From Candidatus Competibacter sp. (GTDB lineage: Bacteria > Pseudomonadota > Gammaproteobacteria > Competibacterales > Competibacteraceae), in assembly GCA_037045685.1 (NCBI GenBank), contig JBAOII010000036.1, forward strand, positions 18,317 to 82,316: a DNA stretch of 64,000 bases, read 5' to 3'. The position numbers were made by a program, and so were the translations under genes. Below, piece by piece: positions 1-8,917 of the stretch. Every line of letters begins with the position of its first letter. The first letter of the stretch is position 1. Below the pieces are notes generated by a model. It searched no databases, was not told the origin of the DNA, and worked only from the letters and a program-made list of their open reading frames with translations.

Positions 1-1
1 C

Positions 2-760
2 AGCGGTGCGTCGATGCCCGGCACGCCGGTGGACGGGTTGACGATCGGCATCGGTAGCGGCGCGATGAGCGTGGGCGACCGCTTTCTGGTCCAGCCGACC
101 CAGCAGATGGCGAGAACTTTTCAGCTCGCCATCCAAGATCCTCGGGATATCGCCGCCGCCGCGCCGATCAAGACCTTGGCCGGATCGAGCAATACCGGGA
201 CCGCCAAAATTTCGGCGGGCGAGGTGCCGAGCAATCAGAGTCCACCCCCCACGAATCCGCCCTTGCTCGATACGGTCAACATTCAATTTCCCAGCGCCAA
301 CCAATACACCATCAACGGTGGCGCACCCATCGCCTACACCAGCGGCGACAATATCGATTTCAACGGCTGGCGAGTCCAGATCACCGGCACGCCGGCGGCG
401 GGCGACACCTTCCAGGTCGCTTCCAACGCGGGCGGCGTCGGCGACAACCGCAACGCGCTCAAACTGGTCGATTTGCAGAGCAAGCAAACCTTGGTGAACG
501 GCGCCAGCAGCGTCCAGGAGATGCACGGCGAAATGGTCGCCGAGGTCGGCACGCGGGGCAGCAACGCCCGTGCTACCCTGCAAGCGCAAACGGCTTTGCT
601 GGAGCACGCCACCCAGGCGCGCGATGGGGTGTCCGGGGTCAACCTGGATGAGGAAGCGGCCAATCTGATGAAGTATCAGCAATCTTACGAGGCCGCCGCG
701 AAAGTGATCCAGATCGGCGATTCGATCATTCAAACCTTGCTGGACGCGATCAGGAGATAA
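2..760 (+). CDS. flgK: Flagellar hook-associated protein 1 FlgK, C-terminal part (5' end lies outside the window)
   Basis: The frame is open from the window edge. The C-terminus ...VNLDEEAANLMKYQQSYEAAAKVIQIGDSIIQTLLDAI is the conserved FlgK-type terminal helix. flgL follows 3 nt later. Confidence 0.85.
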   Translation, partial: SGASMPGTPVDGLTIGIGSGAMSVGDRFLVQPTQQMARTFQLAIQDPRDIAAAAPIKTLAGSSNTGTAKISAGEVPSNQSPPPTNPPLLDTVNIQFPSANQYTINGGAPIAYTSGDNIDFNGWRVQITGTPAAGDTFQVASNAGGVGDNRNALKLVDLQSKQTLVNGASSVQEMHGEMVAEVGTRGSNARATLQAQTALLEHATQARDGVSGVNLDEEAANLMKYQQSYEAAAKVIQIGDSIIQTLLDAIRR

Positions 761-763
761 ACC

Positions 764-1975
764 ATGCTGCGCATCGCCACTTCCCAGATTTACCAGCAAG
801 GCGCCAAGGCCATCGGCGAGCGGCAGGTGGCGCTGGCCAAGGTGCAGCAGCAGATGGCGACCGGCCAGCGCCTGTTGGCCAACGCCGACGATCCGGTCGG
901 CAGCGCGCGCCTGCTGAGCCTGAGCGAAGAACTCGGCCGGTACGACCAGTACCAGCGGAATATCGATCTGGCGAACGGCCGGCTGAATCTGGAGGACAGC
1001 ACGCTGGGAGACGCCAGCGAATTGCTGCAACGGGCGCGGGAGCTGACCGTTCAAGCCAACAACGCGCCGCTGAACGGCAGCGACCGGCGCGATATCGCCA
1101 AGGAAATCCGTCAGATCCACGATCAGATGTTCAGCGTGGCCAACACCCGCGACGGCAACGGCGAATATCTGTTTTCCGGCTTCCAGAGCCGAACCCAGCC
1201 GTTCGTGCTGGACGCGAACAATCAGGCCGTTTACCAGGGCGACCAAGGCCAACGGCTGGTCAAAGCCGGCCCCGCCCTGGATATTCCGGTCGGCGATTCG
1301 GGCGACGAAGTGTTCCGGGGCGCGCTGAACGGCAACGGCAGTTTCCGGGTGGCGGCGTCTGCGGCCAATACCGGCAACGGGACCATCGCGGTCGGCAGCG
1401 TCACCGATCCGGCCGCGTTCCAGAACCATTCCTACACGATCGCTTTCACGTCGGCGACGACCTTCACCGTCAACGATGATACGGCGGGCGCGGCGGTGCC
1501 TCCGGCGACTTGGAACTACAGCGACGGAGGGATCATCCAGTTCGCCGGCTTGCAGACCGCCATCGACGGCAGCCCGACCACCGGCGACACCTTCACGATT
1601 CAGCCCGCGACCCGGCAGGATTTGTTTGCGACGCTGGATGCGCTGGCGACCGCGCTGGAAACCGGCGGCGGCACGCCGGCGAAAGGGGCGCAACTCAATC
1701 AATCGCTCGCCAACGCCTTGGCCGATCTGGACCAGGGTCTCGATCATCTGACCGGGATGCGCGCCAAGCCCGGTTCGCGGCTGAACGCCCTGCAAGAGCA
1801 GGAGTACACCAACGGCGATTTCACGACGCACCTCCAGCAGACCATCAACGATGTGGGCGGCCTGGACTACGCCGAGGCGGCCACCCGGCTGAGCCAGGAA
1901 ACCTTTGTCCTGCAAGTGGCCCAACAATCGTTTATCCGCATCCAGAGTCTTTCGCTGTTCAATTACATGGGATGA
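764..1975 (+). CDS. flgL: Flagellar hook-associated protein 3 FlgL
   Basis: 403 aa. The N-terminus MLRIATSQIYQQG...QQQMATGQRL and C-terminus ...ATRLSQETFVLQVAQQSFIRIQSLSLFNYM are flagellin-like termini typical of FlgL. It sits directly after flgK. Confidence 0.9.
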   Translation: MLRIATSQIYQQGAKAIGERQVALAKVQQQMATGQRLLANADDPVGSARLLSLSEELGRYDQYQRNIDLANGRLNLEDSTLGDASELLQRARELTVQANNAPLNGSDRRDIAKEIRQIHDQMFSVANTRDGNGEYLFSGFQSRTQPFVLDANNQAVYQGDQGQRLVKAGPALDIPVGDSGDEVFRGALNGNGSFRVAASAANTGNGTIAVGSVTDPAAFQNHSYTIAFTSATTFTVNDDTAGAAVPPATWNYSDGGIIQFAGLQTAIDGSPTTGDTFTIQPATRQDLFATLDALATALETGGGTPAKGAQLNQSLANALADLDQGLDHLTGMRAKPGSRLNALQEQEYTNGDFTTHLQQTINDVGGLDYAEAATRLSQETFVLQVAQQSFIRIQSLSLFNYMG

Positions 1976-2258
1976 GCGACTGTTCCGTTCGCCGCACCCG
2001 ACCATCGCCGGGCGCGGCGCGGCCACAGTTTTTTCCCGAACAGAGCTTCACTGCGTTGCTTTCCTCGCTATTCTCGCTTTAGCTGTTCGCTCTTTATCTC
2101 CCGCTCGCCAAAGACCTCTCGCCTCAAATCGGATCATCGCTCCAGTGTTCCATTTCGGTTGAAGCGTCGGAATTCTGGCAGAATTCCCCGTGAAACAATC
2201 GGAGAAATAGAGCTTGGTAGACTAATAATTTGCTTATTTATTAATATTATATATATAT

Positions 2259-2274
2259 TGGCCTGCAATGTGCT
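2259..2274 (+). promoter_or_regulatory. Candidate sigma-54 (RpoN) promoter upstream of the sugar island
   Basis: TGGCCT-gcaat-GTGCT has correct GG-N10-GC spacing (GG at 2260-2261, GC at 2272-2273). It is preceded by a very AT-rich tract (2220-2258) and lies ~90 nt upstream of the rfbF ATG. Confidence 0.4.
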
Positions 2275-2361
2275 TTTCCGATTGTAGAACGGGCTTGGTT
2301 CGATTCGGCCAACCGTGCCGGAAACCGTATCATCATACCCAACCATCGAAGAGCGACGCGC

Positions 2362-3132
2362 ATGAAAGCCGTTATCCTGGCCGGCGGCCTCGGTACCCGT
2401 CTCAGCGAAGAAACCGTGCTCAAGCCCAAGCCGATGGTAGAAATCGGTGGTCGGCCGATCCTGTGGCACATCATGAAAATTTACTCGGCCCACGGGATCA
2501 ACGAGTTCGTAGTTTGTTGCGGATACAAGGGCTATTTGATCAAAGAGTATTTCGCCAATTACTTCCTGTACATGTCCGATGTGACCTTCGACATGGCGAA
2601 CAACCGGATGGAAGTGCATGTGAAGCACGCCGAGCCTTGGCGAGTCACGCTGGTCGATACTGGCCAAGAGACGATGACCGGTGGTCGCGTGCGCAGGATC
2701 AGGGACTATCTGGACAATCAAACTTTTTGCCTGACTTACGGCGATGGCGTATCCGATGTCGATATCGGAGCGCTGCTCGCTTTTCATCGGCGGCAGGAAA
2801 CTCTGGTCACCGTGAGCGGCGTGCAGCCGAGCGGGCGTTACGGTGTGCTGGAAGTCGAGCAAGAGAGGGTCATGGCGTTCCAGGAAAAACCCACGGGCAA
2901 CGGCATTTGGGTGAGCGGGGGATTTTTCGTCGTCGAACCTCGCGCGCTCGATTACATCGAGAGCGACGCCTCGATTTGGGAGCGCGAGCCGCTCGATCGC
3001 ATCGCGGCGGAAGGTCAATTGGCCATTTTCAAGCACGGCGGATTTTGGGCCGCGATGGATACTTTGCGCGACAAATATCACCTCGAACAGCTTTGGGCGA
3101 ACGGGCGGGCACCATGGAAAGTTTGGGATTGA
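2362..3132 (+). CDS. rfbF: Glucose-1-phosphate cytidylyltransferase (RfbF/DdhA/AscA type)
   Basis: 256 aa. MKAVILAGGLGTRLSEET...KPKPMVEIGGRPILWHIMKIYSAHGINEFVVCCGYKGYLIKEYF is the canonical nucleotidyltransferase G-loop and RfbF family signature. Confidence 0.9.
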   Translation: MKAVILAGGLGTRLSEETVLKPKPMVEIGGRPILWHIMKIYSAHGINEFVVCCGYKGYLIKEYFANYFLYMSDVTFDMANNRMEVHVKHAEPWRVTLVDTGQETMTGGRVRRIRDYLDNQTFCLTYGDGVSDVDIGALLAFHRRQETLVTVSGVQPSGRYGVLEVEQERVMAFQEKPTGNGIWVSGGFFVVEPRALDYIESDASIWEREPLDRIAAEGQLAIFKHGGFWAAMDTLRDKYHLEQLWANGRAPWKVWD

Positions 3133-4247
3133 CGCCGGCGTTTTGGGCGGGGCGGCGAGTCCTGGTCACTGGGCATACCGGCTTCAAGGGCGGCTGGCTG
3201 TGCTTGTGGTTACAACACTTGGGCGCGGAGGTCACCGGCTACGCCCTGGAGCCACCGACTCAACCGAATCTGTTCGAAGCGGCGCGGGTCGGCGAGGGCA
3301 TGCGCTCTGTCTTGGGTGATATCCGTGACTTCGATGCGTTTTGGTCGGCGGTGCGGGAGTATCAGCCCGAGATTATTTTCCACTTGGCCGCACAACCGCT
3401 GGTGTTGCCCGCTTACCGGCAACCGCTCGAGACCTACGCGATCAACGTGCTGGGCACGGTTCATCTGCTGGAGGCGGTGCGACGGACCGCTGGCGTTCGC
3501 GCTGTGGTGAACGTCACCAGCGATAAATGCTACGAAAATCGGGAATGGGTGGCCGGCTATCGAGAAGACGAGCCGATGGGTGGTTACGACCCCTACAGCA
3601 GCAGCAAGGGTTGCGCGGAACTGGTGACAGCCGCCTATCGCCGCTCCTTTTTCAATCGGGCATCGGATCGGGCTGGCGTAGCCTTGGCCTCGGCGCGGGC
3701 CGGCAATGTGATTGGTGGGGGGGATTGGGCGGAAGACCGTTTGATACCCGATGCGATTCGTTCTTTTCGCGCCGGTCGGCCGGTCACGCTCCGCCGCCCG
3801 GACGCCGTTCGACCCTGGCAGCATGTGCTGGAGCCGTTGAGCGGCTATCTGAGGTTGGCGGAACGGCTCTGGCGGGATGGAGCCGCTTATGCCGAAGGCT
3901 GGAACTTCGGGCCGCTAGATGAAGATGCCCACCCGGTCGATTGGCTGGTCGAGAGATTGACGGTGCTGTGGGGCGAAGGGGCGTCTTGGATTCGGGATGA
4001 AACCCCCCATCCGCACGAGGCGCGCTATTTGAAGCTGAATTGCGCCAAAGCGGCGGCCAAGCTGGATTGGCGGCCGCGCTGGTCGCTCGACCGCGCGCTG
4101 GCTGAAACCGTGGCCTGGTATCGCGCCGCTTACGCTAAAGCGGACATGCGAGCGTTTACTCTGGCGCAAATCGCCCGATACCGAGGCGGGGAAGTGCGTG
4201 AAGCCATGCTGGACGCATGCGCCCTCTCTCTCGCCGAGACTCTCTAG
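3114..4247 (+). CDS. rfbG: CDP-glucose 4,6-dehydratase (RfbG/DdhB/AscB type)
   Basis: The internal ATG at 3114 ([29 protein letters not shown]...) gives a Rossmann GxxGxxG, and ...[10 protein letters not shown] is the SDR YxxxK. The 282 codons upstream in ORF 2268..4247 overlap rfbF out of frame and look non-coding. Confidence 0.9.
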   Translation: MESLGLTPAFWAGRRVLVTGHTGFKGGWLCLWLQHLGAEVTGYALEPPTQPNLFEAARVGEGMRSVLGDIRDFDAFWSAVREYQPEIIFHLAAQPLVLPAYRQPLETYAINVLGTVHLLEAVRRTAGVRAVVNVTSDKCYENREWVAGYREDEPMGGYDPYSSSKGCAELVTAAYRRSFFNRASDRAGVALASARAGNVIGGGDWAEDRLIPDAIRSFRAGRPVTLRRPDAVRPWQHVLEPLSGYLRLAERLWRDGAAYAEGWNFGPLDEDAHPVDWLVERLTVLWGEGASWIRDETPHPHEARYLKLNCAKAAAKLDWRPRWSLDRALAETVAWYRAAYAKADMRAFTLAQIARYRGGEVREAMLDACALSLAETL

Positions 4248-4264
4248 CTTTGGAATGCGGCCCC

Positions 4265-5593
4265 ATGACCGATCACTGCCCGAGCGAAACGGATTTGCGC
4301 CGCCGGATTTTGGCTTTGGTTGCCGAGTACGCCGAGCGCTTCATGCGACCCGCGCCGTTCGAGAGCGGCGTCACTCCCATTCCGCCATCCGGCAAGGTGA
4401 TCGGTGCGCGAGAACTGGAGTGCATGGTCGAGGCATCGCTGGATGGTTGGCTGACCACCGGTCGTTTCAACGCCGCGTTCGAGCAAAAGCTAGGCGAGTT
4501 TCTCGGGTTGCCCCACGTTCTGACGGTCAACTCTGGCTCGTCCGCGAATTTGGTGGCGGTGTCGGCCCTGTGCTCACCGTTACTCGGCGAACGAGCGTTG
4601 CGGCCGGGCGACGAGGTCATCACGGTCGCGGCGGGTTTTCCGACCACCGTCAATCCTCTGCTGGTCAATCGGTTGACGCCAGTGTTCGCGGATATCGAGA
4701 TCGGTACTTACAACGTCGATGTCGCCCGCCTCGAAGCCGCCATCGGGCCGCGCACCCGCGCGATCGTGCTGGCGCACACGCTGGGCAATCCGTTCGATCT
4801 CGACACCGTGACGCGGCTGGCGCGCGAGCGCGGATTGTGGTTGGTGGAGGATTGTTGCGATGCGCTCGGCTCGACTTGGCGGGGCCAGCGGGTCGGCACT
4901 TTCGGCGATATCGGCACGCTCAGCTTCTATCCGGCCCATCATATCACCATGGGCGAGGGCGGCGCCGTTTTTACCCGCAATCCGCTTTTGGCGCGGGTCA
5001 TGGCTTCTATCCGTGACTGGGGGCGCGATTGCTGGTGCGAGCCTGGCCGCGACAACACCTGCGGTCGTCGCTTCGATTGGCGGCTGGGGGATTTGCCGGC
5101 AGGTTACGATCACAAGTACGTTTACTCGCACTTGGGCTACAACCTGAAAATCACCGATATGCAGGCCGCTTGCGGGTTGGCGCAACTGGAGCGTCTGCCG
5201 GAATTCATCGCGGCGCGCCGGCGCAATTTTCGGTTTTTGCGAGAGCGATTGGCCGAGTTGGGCGAGTTTCTGATCTTGCCCGAGGCCACGTCGGGCAGCG
5301 ATCCTTGCTGGTTTGGGTTCCCCTTGACGCTGCGGGAGGGCGCTGGAGTAGAGCGAGTCGAGCTGCTGCGCTATCTGGAGCAGTGTCGGATCGGTACGCG
5401 ATTGCTGTTCGCCGGCAATCTGTTGCGGCAGCCGTATTTTCGAGACCGGGATTATCGGGTTCAAGACGATCTCGGCAATACCGATCAGGTTATGCGCAAC
5501 ACGTTCTGGATCGGTTTGTATCCTGGCTTGGGTGAGAACGCACTGGGTTATGCGGCGGAAAAAATGGGGCAATTTTTTGGAGTCGGATTTTAG
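4265..5593 (+). CDS. rfbH: CDP-6-deoxy-4-keto-hexose 3-dehydrase (E1, RfbH/DdhC/AscC type), PMP- and [2Fe-2S]-dependent
   Basis: DegT/DnrJ/EryC1 fold. His occupies the Schiff-base Lys position ([14 protein letters not shown]). The cysteine pattern C-X57-C-X1-C-X7-C (DCC...[12 protein letters not shown]) was read directly. Start chosen at MTDHCPSE (4265), after the rfbG stop. Confidence 0.85.
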   Translation: MTDHCPSETDLRRRILALVAEYAERFMRPAPFESGVTPIPPSGKVIGARELECMVEASLDGWLTTGRFNAAFEQKLGEFLGLPHVLTVNSGSSANLVAVSALCSPLLGERALRPGDEVITVAAGFPTTVNPLLVNRLTPVFADIEIGTYNVDVARLEAAIGPRTRAIVLAHTLGNPFDLDTVTRLARERGLWLVEDCCDALGSTWRGQRVGTFGDIGTLSFYPAHHITMGEGGAVFTRNPLLARVMASIRDWGRDCWCEPGRDNTCGRRFDWRLGDLPAGYDHKYVYSHLGYNLKITDMQAACGLAQLERLPEFIAARRRNFRFLRERLAELGEFLILPEATSGSDPCWFGFPLTLREGAGVERVELLRYLEQCRIGTRLLFAGNLLRQPYFRDRDYRVQDDLGNTDQVMRNTFWIGLYPGLGENALGYAAEKMGQFFGVGF

Positions 5594-6195
5594 TGGTCGC
5601 TTCTTCGCGGTATACCGAGACCGGAGCCGATCAAGCGCTATTCGAATCGCGGGCTACCTCGATTCCGGGTTGCTTCGAGATTCTGCCGAGAATCCGGCAC
5701 GATGCGCGTGGCCGATTCGTCAAAGTGTTTCATGTCGATTTTTTTGGGGCCAATCGGCTACAGACACGCTATGCGGAGGAGTATTACTCCAAATCGGTGC
5801 GCGGCGTCATTCGCGGCCTACACTTTCAAGCGCCTCCCATGGGCCACGCCAAGCTCGTGTATTGCGTCGAAGGCCGGGTGCAGGATGTCGCGCTCGATTT
5901 GCGAAGAGGCTCCCCGAGCTATGGGAACTACGAGCTGTTTGAATTGAGCGCCGAGGGAGCGAACATGGCATACCTGCCCGAAGGGGTCGCCCACGGTTTT
6001 TGCGTGCTGAGCGATACCGCCACGCTCGTTTACAAGGTTTCGACCGTCTATTCGGCCGAGCACGATGCCGGTCTACTGTGGAGTTCCGCCAATATCCCTT
6101 GGCTGGTGGATGATCCGATCGTGTCGGCGCGGGATCGCGCGCATCCGCCGTTCATCGATTTTGTCAGCCCTTTCGTTTACCGGGACGAGCGATGA
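5593..6195 (+). CDS. Sugar-nucleotide 3,5-/5-epimerase, RmlC-like cupin (AscE-like)
   Basis: 200 aa with a GTG start overlapping the rfbH stop. ...RGRFVKVF...SVRGVIRGLHFQAPPMGHAKLVYCVEGRVQDVALDLRRGSPSYG...LPEGVAHGF is the dTDP-4-dehydrorhamnose 3,5-epimerase family core. Confidence 0.75.
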   Translation: MVASSRYTETGADQALFESRATSIPGCFEILPRIRHDARGRFVKVFHVDFFGANRLQTRYAEEYYSKSVRGVIRGLHFQAPPMGHAKLVYCVEGRVQDVALDLRRGSPSYGNYELFELSAEGANMAYLPEGVAHGFCVLSDTATLVYKVSTVYSAEHDAGLLWSSANIPWLVDDPIVSARDRAHPPFIDFVSPFVYRDER

Positions 6196-7100
6196 AGGTT
6201 TTGGTCACAGGCGCTTCGGGCTTTCTCGGCTCGCGCTTGGTTCGCCGATTGTTGGAGGAAAGACATGAGGTTGCTTGCCTGTCGCGGGCGAGTTCGGCCC
6301 ATAAAAGCGAGTGCTTCGCGCTGCCACGGTGGACGGCGGGAGAGGATGGTTCCGGTTTCCGGGAGGCGCTAGAGGGTTTCCGGCCGGAAGTCGTCGCGCA
6401 TCTGGCGGCGCATTATGTGGCCGAACACGGCTACAAGGATGTCGGCTCTTTGGTGCGCTCAAACGTTTTGTTTGGCGCCTACCTGCTGGATGCCATGCGG
6501 GAGGTCGGCTGCGATGCCTTGGTTTATGCCGGAACTTCGTGGCAACACTATCGGGATCGGGAATACTGTCCGGTCAATCTGTATGCCGCGACCAAGCAAG
6601 CGTTCTCGACTTTGGCCGACTATTATCGCGACGCGGCTGGATTGCGGTTGCTGGAGCTGCATCTCTACGACAGCTACGGCGCGGATGACCCGCGAAAAAA
6701 ATTGATCAATCTGCTCAAGTTTTCCGCCGGGTCCGCCGATAAATTAGCGATGTCGGCGGGCGATCAGCGGCTTCATTTAGTGCATGTCGACGACGTGTCG
6801 CGGGGGGTCGCGCTGGCGTGCCAGCGAGTCCTGGAGTGGGCACCGGGCGAAAGGAATATTTATCGGTTGCCTTCGCAAAAAGCGGTCAGCTTGAGAGAGC
6901 TTATCGCGGCATTTAATGCGGTTAACCCTAAATGTCCGGTAAAGGTCATTTGGGGTAAGCGGGATTATCGGGAGCGAGAAGTTTTTCAACCATGGGAAAA
7001 AGCGAACATTTTACCTGGGTGGCAGCCGGCGATACCCCTTTTAGAAGGCCTGAAGATGGTTTGCCGAGATTCGGTAGAATTTGAGGTGGGTATAAAGTAA
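6192..7100 (+). CDS. NAD(P)-dependent sugar epimerase/reductase (SDR; AscF/RfbJ/RfbS-like 4-ketoreductase candidate)
   Basis: 302 aa. MKVLVTGASGFLGSRLV is a Rossmann motif and NLYAATK is a YxxxK catalytic motif. The start overlaps the upstream stop by 4 nt. Confidence 0.75.
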   Translation: MKVLVTGASGFLGSRLVRRLLEERHEVACLSRASSAHKSECFALPRWTAGEDGSGFREALEGFRPEVVAHLAAHYVAEHGYKDVGSLVRSNVLFGAYLLDAMREVGCDALVYAGTSWQHYRDREYCPVNLYAATKQAFSTLADYYRDAAGLRLLELHLYDSYGADDPRKKLINLLKFSAGSADKLAMSAGDQRLHLVHVDDVSRGVALACQRVLEWAPGERNIYRLPSQKAVSLRELIAAFNAVNPKCPVKVIWGKRDYREREVFQPWEKANILPGWQPAIPLLEGLKMVCRDSVEFEVGIK

Positions 7101-7105
7101 GTATT

Positions 7106-7849
7106 ATGGATAAGAAATATATAAATAATAATAACCTCGTGTATGACCTTGGCATGCATAATGGCGATGATACCGATTATTATTTACACAAAGGATATCG
7201 GGTAATCGCAGTAGATCCAAATCCTGATTTTATAAAAAAAGCGTTGATTAGATTTCATGAATTTATTGAAAAAGGGCAACTTGTATTAATAGAAAGCGCA
7301 ATTTGGGAGTCAGAGAGTACACGAGTATTTTATATAAGTCCAAATTTTCCACATCTGGCGAGTCTCCATAAAAATTGGGCAGCACGTGAAGATGTTAATT
7401 TAACTGAAATCGAAGTATGCTGTTTGCCAATAGAGCATTTATTTGCACTTTATGGGGTGCCGATGTATTTAAAAATAGATATAGAAGGGTCTGATGAATT
7501 AGTTCTCGATCAATTGGCAATGCTCCGCTATCTGCCGTGTTATTTGAGTGTAGAAGACTGCCGTTTTGGGTTCCGTTACCTGGAAAAATTGATGGCCTTA
7601 GGCTATAGCAGCTTTAAGCTCGTAAACCAAAAACATATCGCTGATTCGATCGATACGACCATCGGTTATCGGTTTTCGGCGCATGCTTCTGGGCCGATGA
7701 GCGAAGATGCTCCCGGGTCGTGGATTCCGGCCTGCGACATTGTCCAACACTATTCGGAGACCGTGCGCACGGTCGGCGGGCAGCGCCTGTCTCCGTTCGA
7801 TACATGGTGGGATATCCATTGCCGGGGTCCGGCGGAGTTCCGTATCTGA
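7106..7849 (+). CDS. FkbM-family methyltransferase
   Basis: 247 aa. LVYDLGMHNGDDTDYYL...YRVIAVDPNPDF...LKIDIEGSDELVLDQL matches the FkbM pattern (xDxGAxxG ... lKiDvEGaE). The 5' half is conspicuously AT-rich. Confidence 0.7.
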   Translation: MDKKYINNNNLVYDLGMHNGDDTDYYLHKGYRVIAVDPNPDFIKKALIRFHEFIEKGQLVLIESAIWESESTRVFYISPNFPHLASLHKNWAAREDVNLTEIEVCCLPIEHLFALYGVPMYLKIDIEGSDELVLDQLAMLRYLPCYLSVEDCRFGFRYLEKLMALGYSSFKLVNQKHIADSIDTTIGYRFSAHASGPMSEDAPGSWIPACDIVQHYSETVRTVGGQRLSPFDTWWDIHCRGPAEFRI

Positions 7850-7864
7850 AAGGGGTCTGCGGTT

Positions 7865-8917
7865 ATGAAAGCAAAAGTCAAACCACGTATCAATTTGGAT
7901 AATCGGGTACCGCTCCAAACAGTGATTCCGCTGTCCACGCCCTTCGTGCTGTTTGTAGACCCAGTCAATACTTGTAATTTTCAATGCAAATTTTGCCCTA
8001 CCGGCGACCGTGATTTAATTAAAAAAACTGGCCGCTGGCAAGGAAGAATAAATTTTGATTTATATAGAACAATCATTGATGGTTTAGAAGAGTTCGAGCA
8101 ACCACTTAAAGTGCTTCGTCTTTATAAAGAAGGTGAGCCTTTGTTGCATACTCGATTTGCTGACATGGTCAGTTACGCTAAAAAAAGCGGTTATGTCGAA
8201 TATGTTGATACGACCACAAATGGGTATTTGCTCACTCCTGAAAAAGTTGGGCCTCTCCTCGATGCAGGTATTGATCGAATCAATATTTCCGTCGATGGAA
8301 TGTCCGATGAACAATATTGGGATTTTGCTCATGTCCGAGTTGACTTTGATCGCTTTGTGAATAATATCCGCTATCTTTACCAACATAAAGGCGATTGTGA
8401 AATTTGCGTCAAAATACCAGGCGATATTCTTTCATCTGAAGACAAAGCGCGTTTTTTTGAAACCTTTGGTGAAATTTCGGATCGGGTGTTCATCGAAAAT
8501 ATAGCTCCCTGCTGGCCAGCGTTTAACGTAGAGGAGTATATGGATATCCAAATTAGCGAAGGTATCTACGGTCAGCCTATTGGCGAGGTCCAGTCCTGTC
8601 CTTATATCTTTTATTCTATTGCCGTGAACACTGATGGTACGGTCAGTCTCTGTTTTTTGGATTGGGAGCGCACGTTAATTATCGGAGATACCAAAACGCA
8701 AACTATCAAGGAAATCTGGGAAAGCCAAACGTTGCGCGAACATCAAGTGGCCCATCTGCAAGGTCGGCGTAAACATAACGCAACGTGTGCGGAATGCGGG
8801 CAACTATCCCATTGTTTGCCGGATAATATCGATGCGTACACCGGGCAGATAATGGAGCGTATGGCCGGGCGGCCAGGAAGCCATGAGCGGCGGGTTGCCC
8901 GATTGGAGCGCGTATGA
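7865..8917 (+). CDS. Radical SAM enzyme with SPASM/twitch-type C-terminal cysteine cluster
   Basis: 350 aa. CNFQCKFC is a CX3CX2C motif. C-terminally, SCPYIFYSIAVNTDGTVSLC is C-X12-G-X4-C and CAECGQLSHC is CX2CX5C. AT-richer than the flanks. Confidence 0.8.
   Translation: MKAKVKPRINLDNRVPLQTVIPLSTPFVLFVDPVNTCNFQCKFCPTGDRDLIKKTGRWQGRINFDLYRTIIDGLEEFEQPLKVLRLYKEGEPLLHTRFADMVSYAKKSGYVEYVDTTTNGYLLTPEKVGPLLDAGIDRINISVDGMSDEQYWDFAHVRVDFDRFVNNIRYLYQHKGDCEICVKIPGDILSSEDKARFFETFGEISDRVFIENIAPCWPAFNVEEYMDIQISEGIYGQPIGEVQSCPYIFYSIAVNTDGTVSLCFLDWERTLIIGDTKTQTIKEIWESQTLREHQVAHLQGRRKHNATCAECGQLSHCLPDNIDAYTGQIMERMAGRPGSHERRVARLERV

Noticed and set aside
2268-3113. N-terminal 282 codons of ORF 2268..4247, which would make a 659-aa dehydratase
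   Set aside because: This part overlaps rfbF out of frame and reads as Arg-rich nonsense. The dehydratase Rossmann motif begins right after the internal ATG at 3114.
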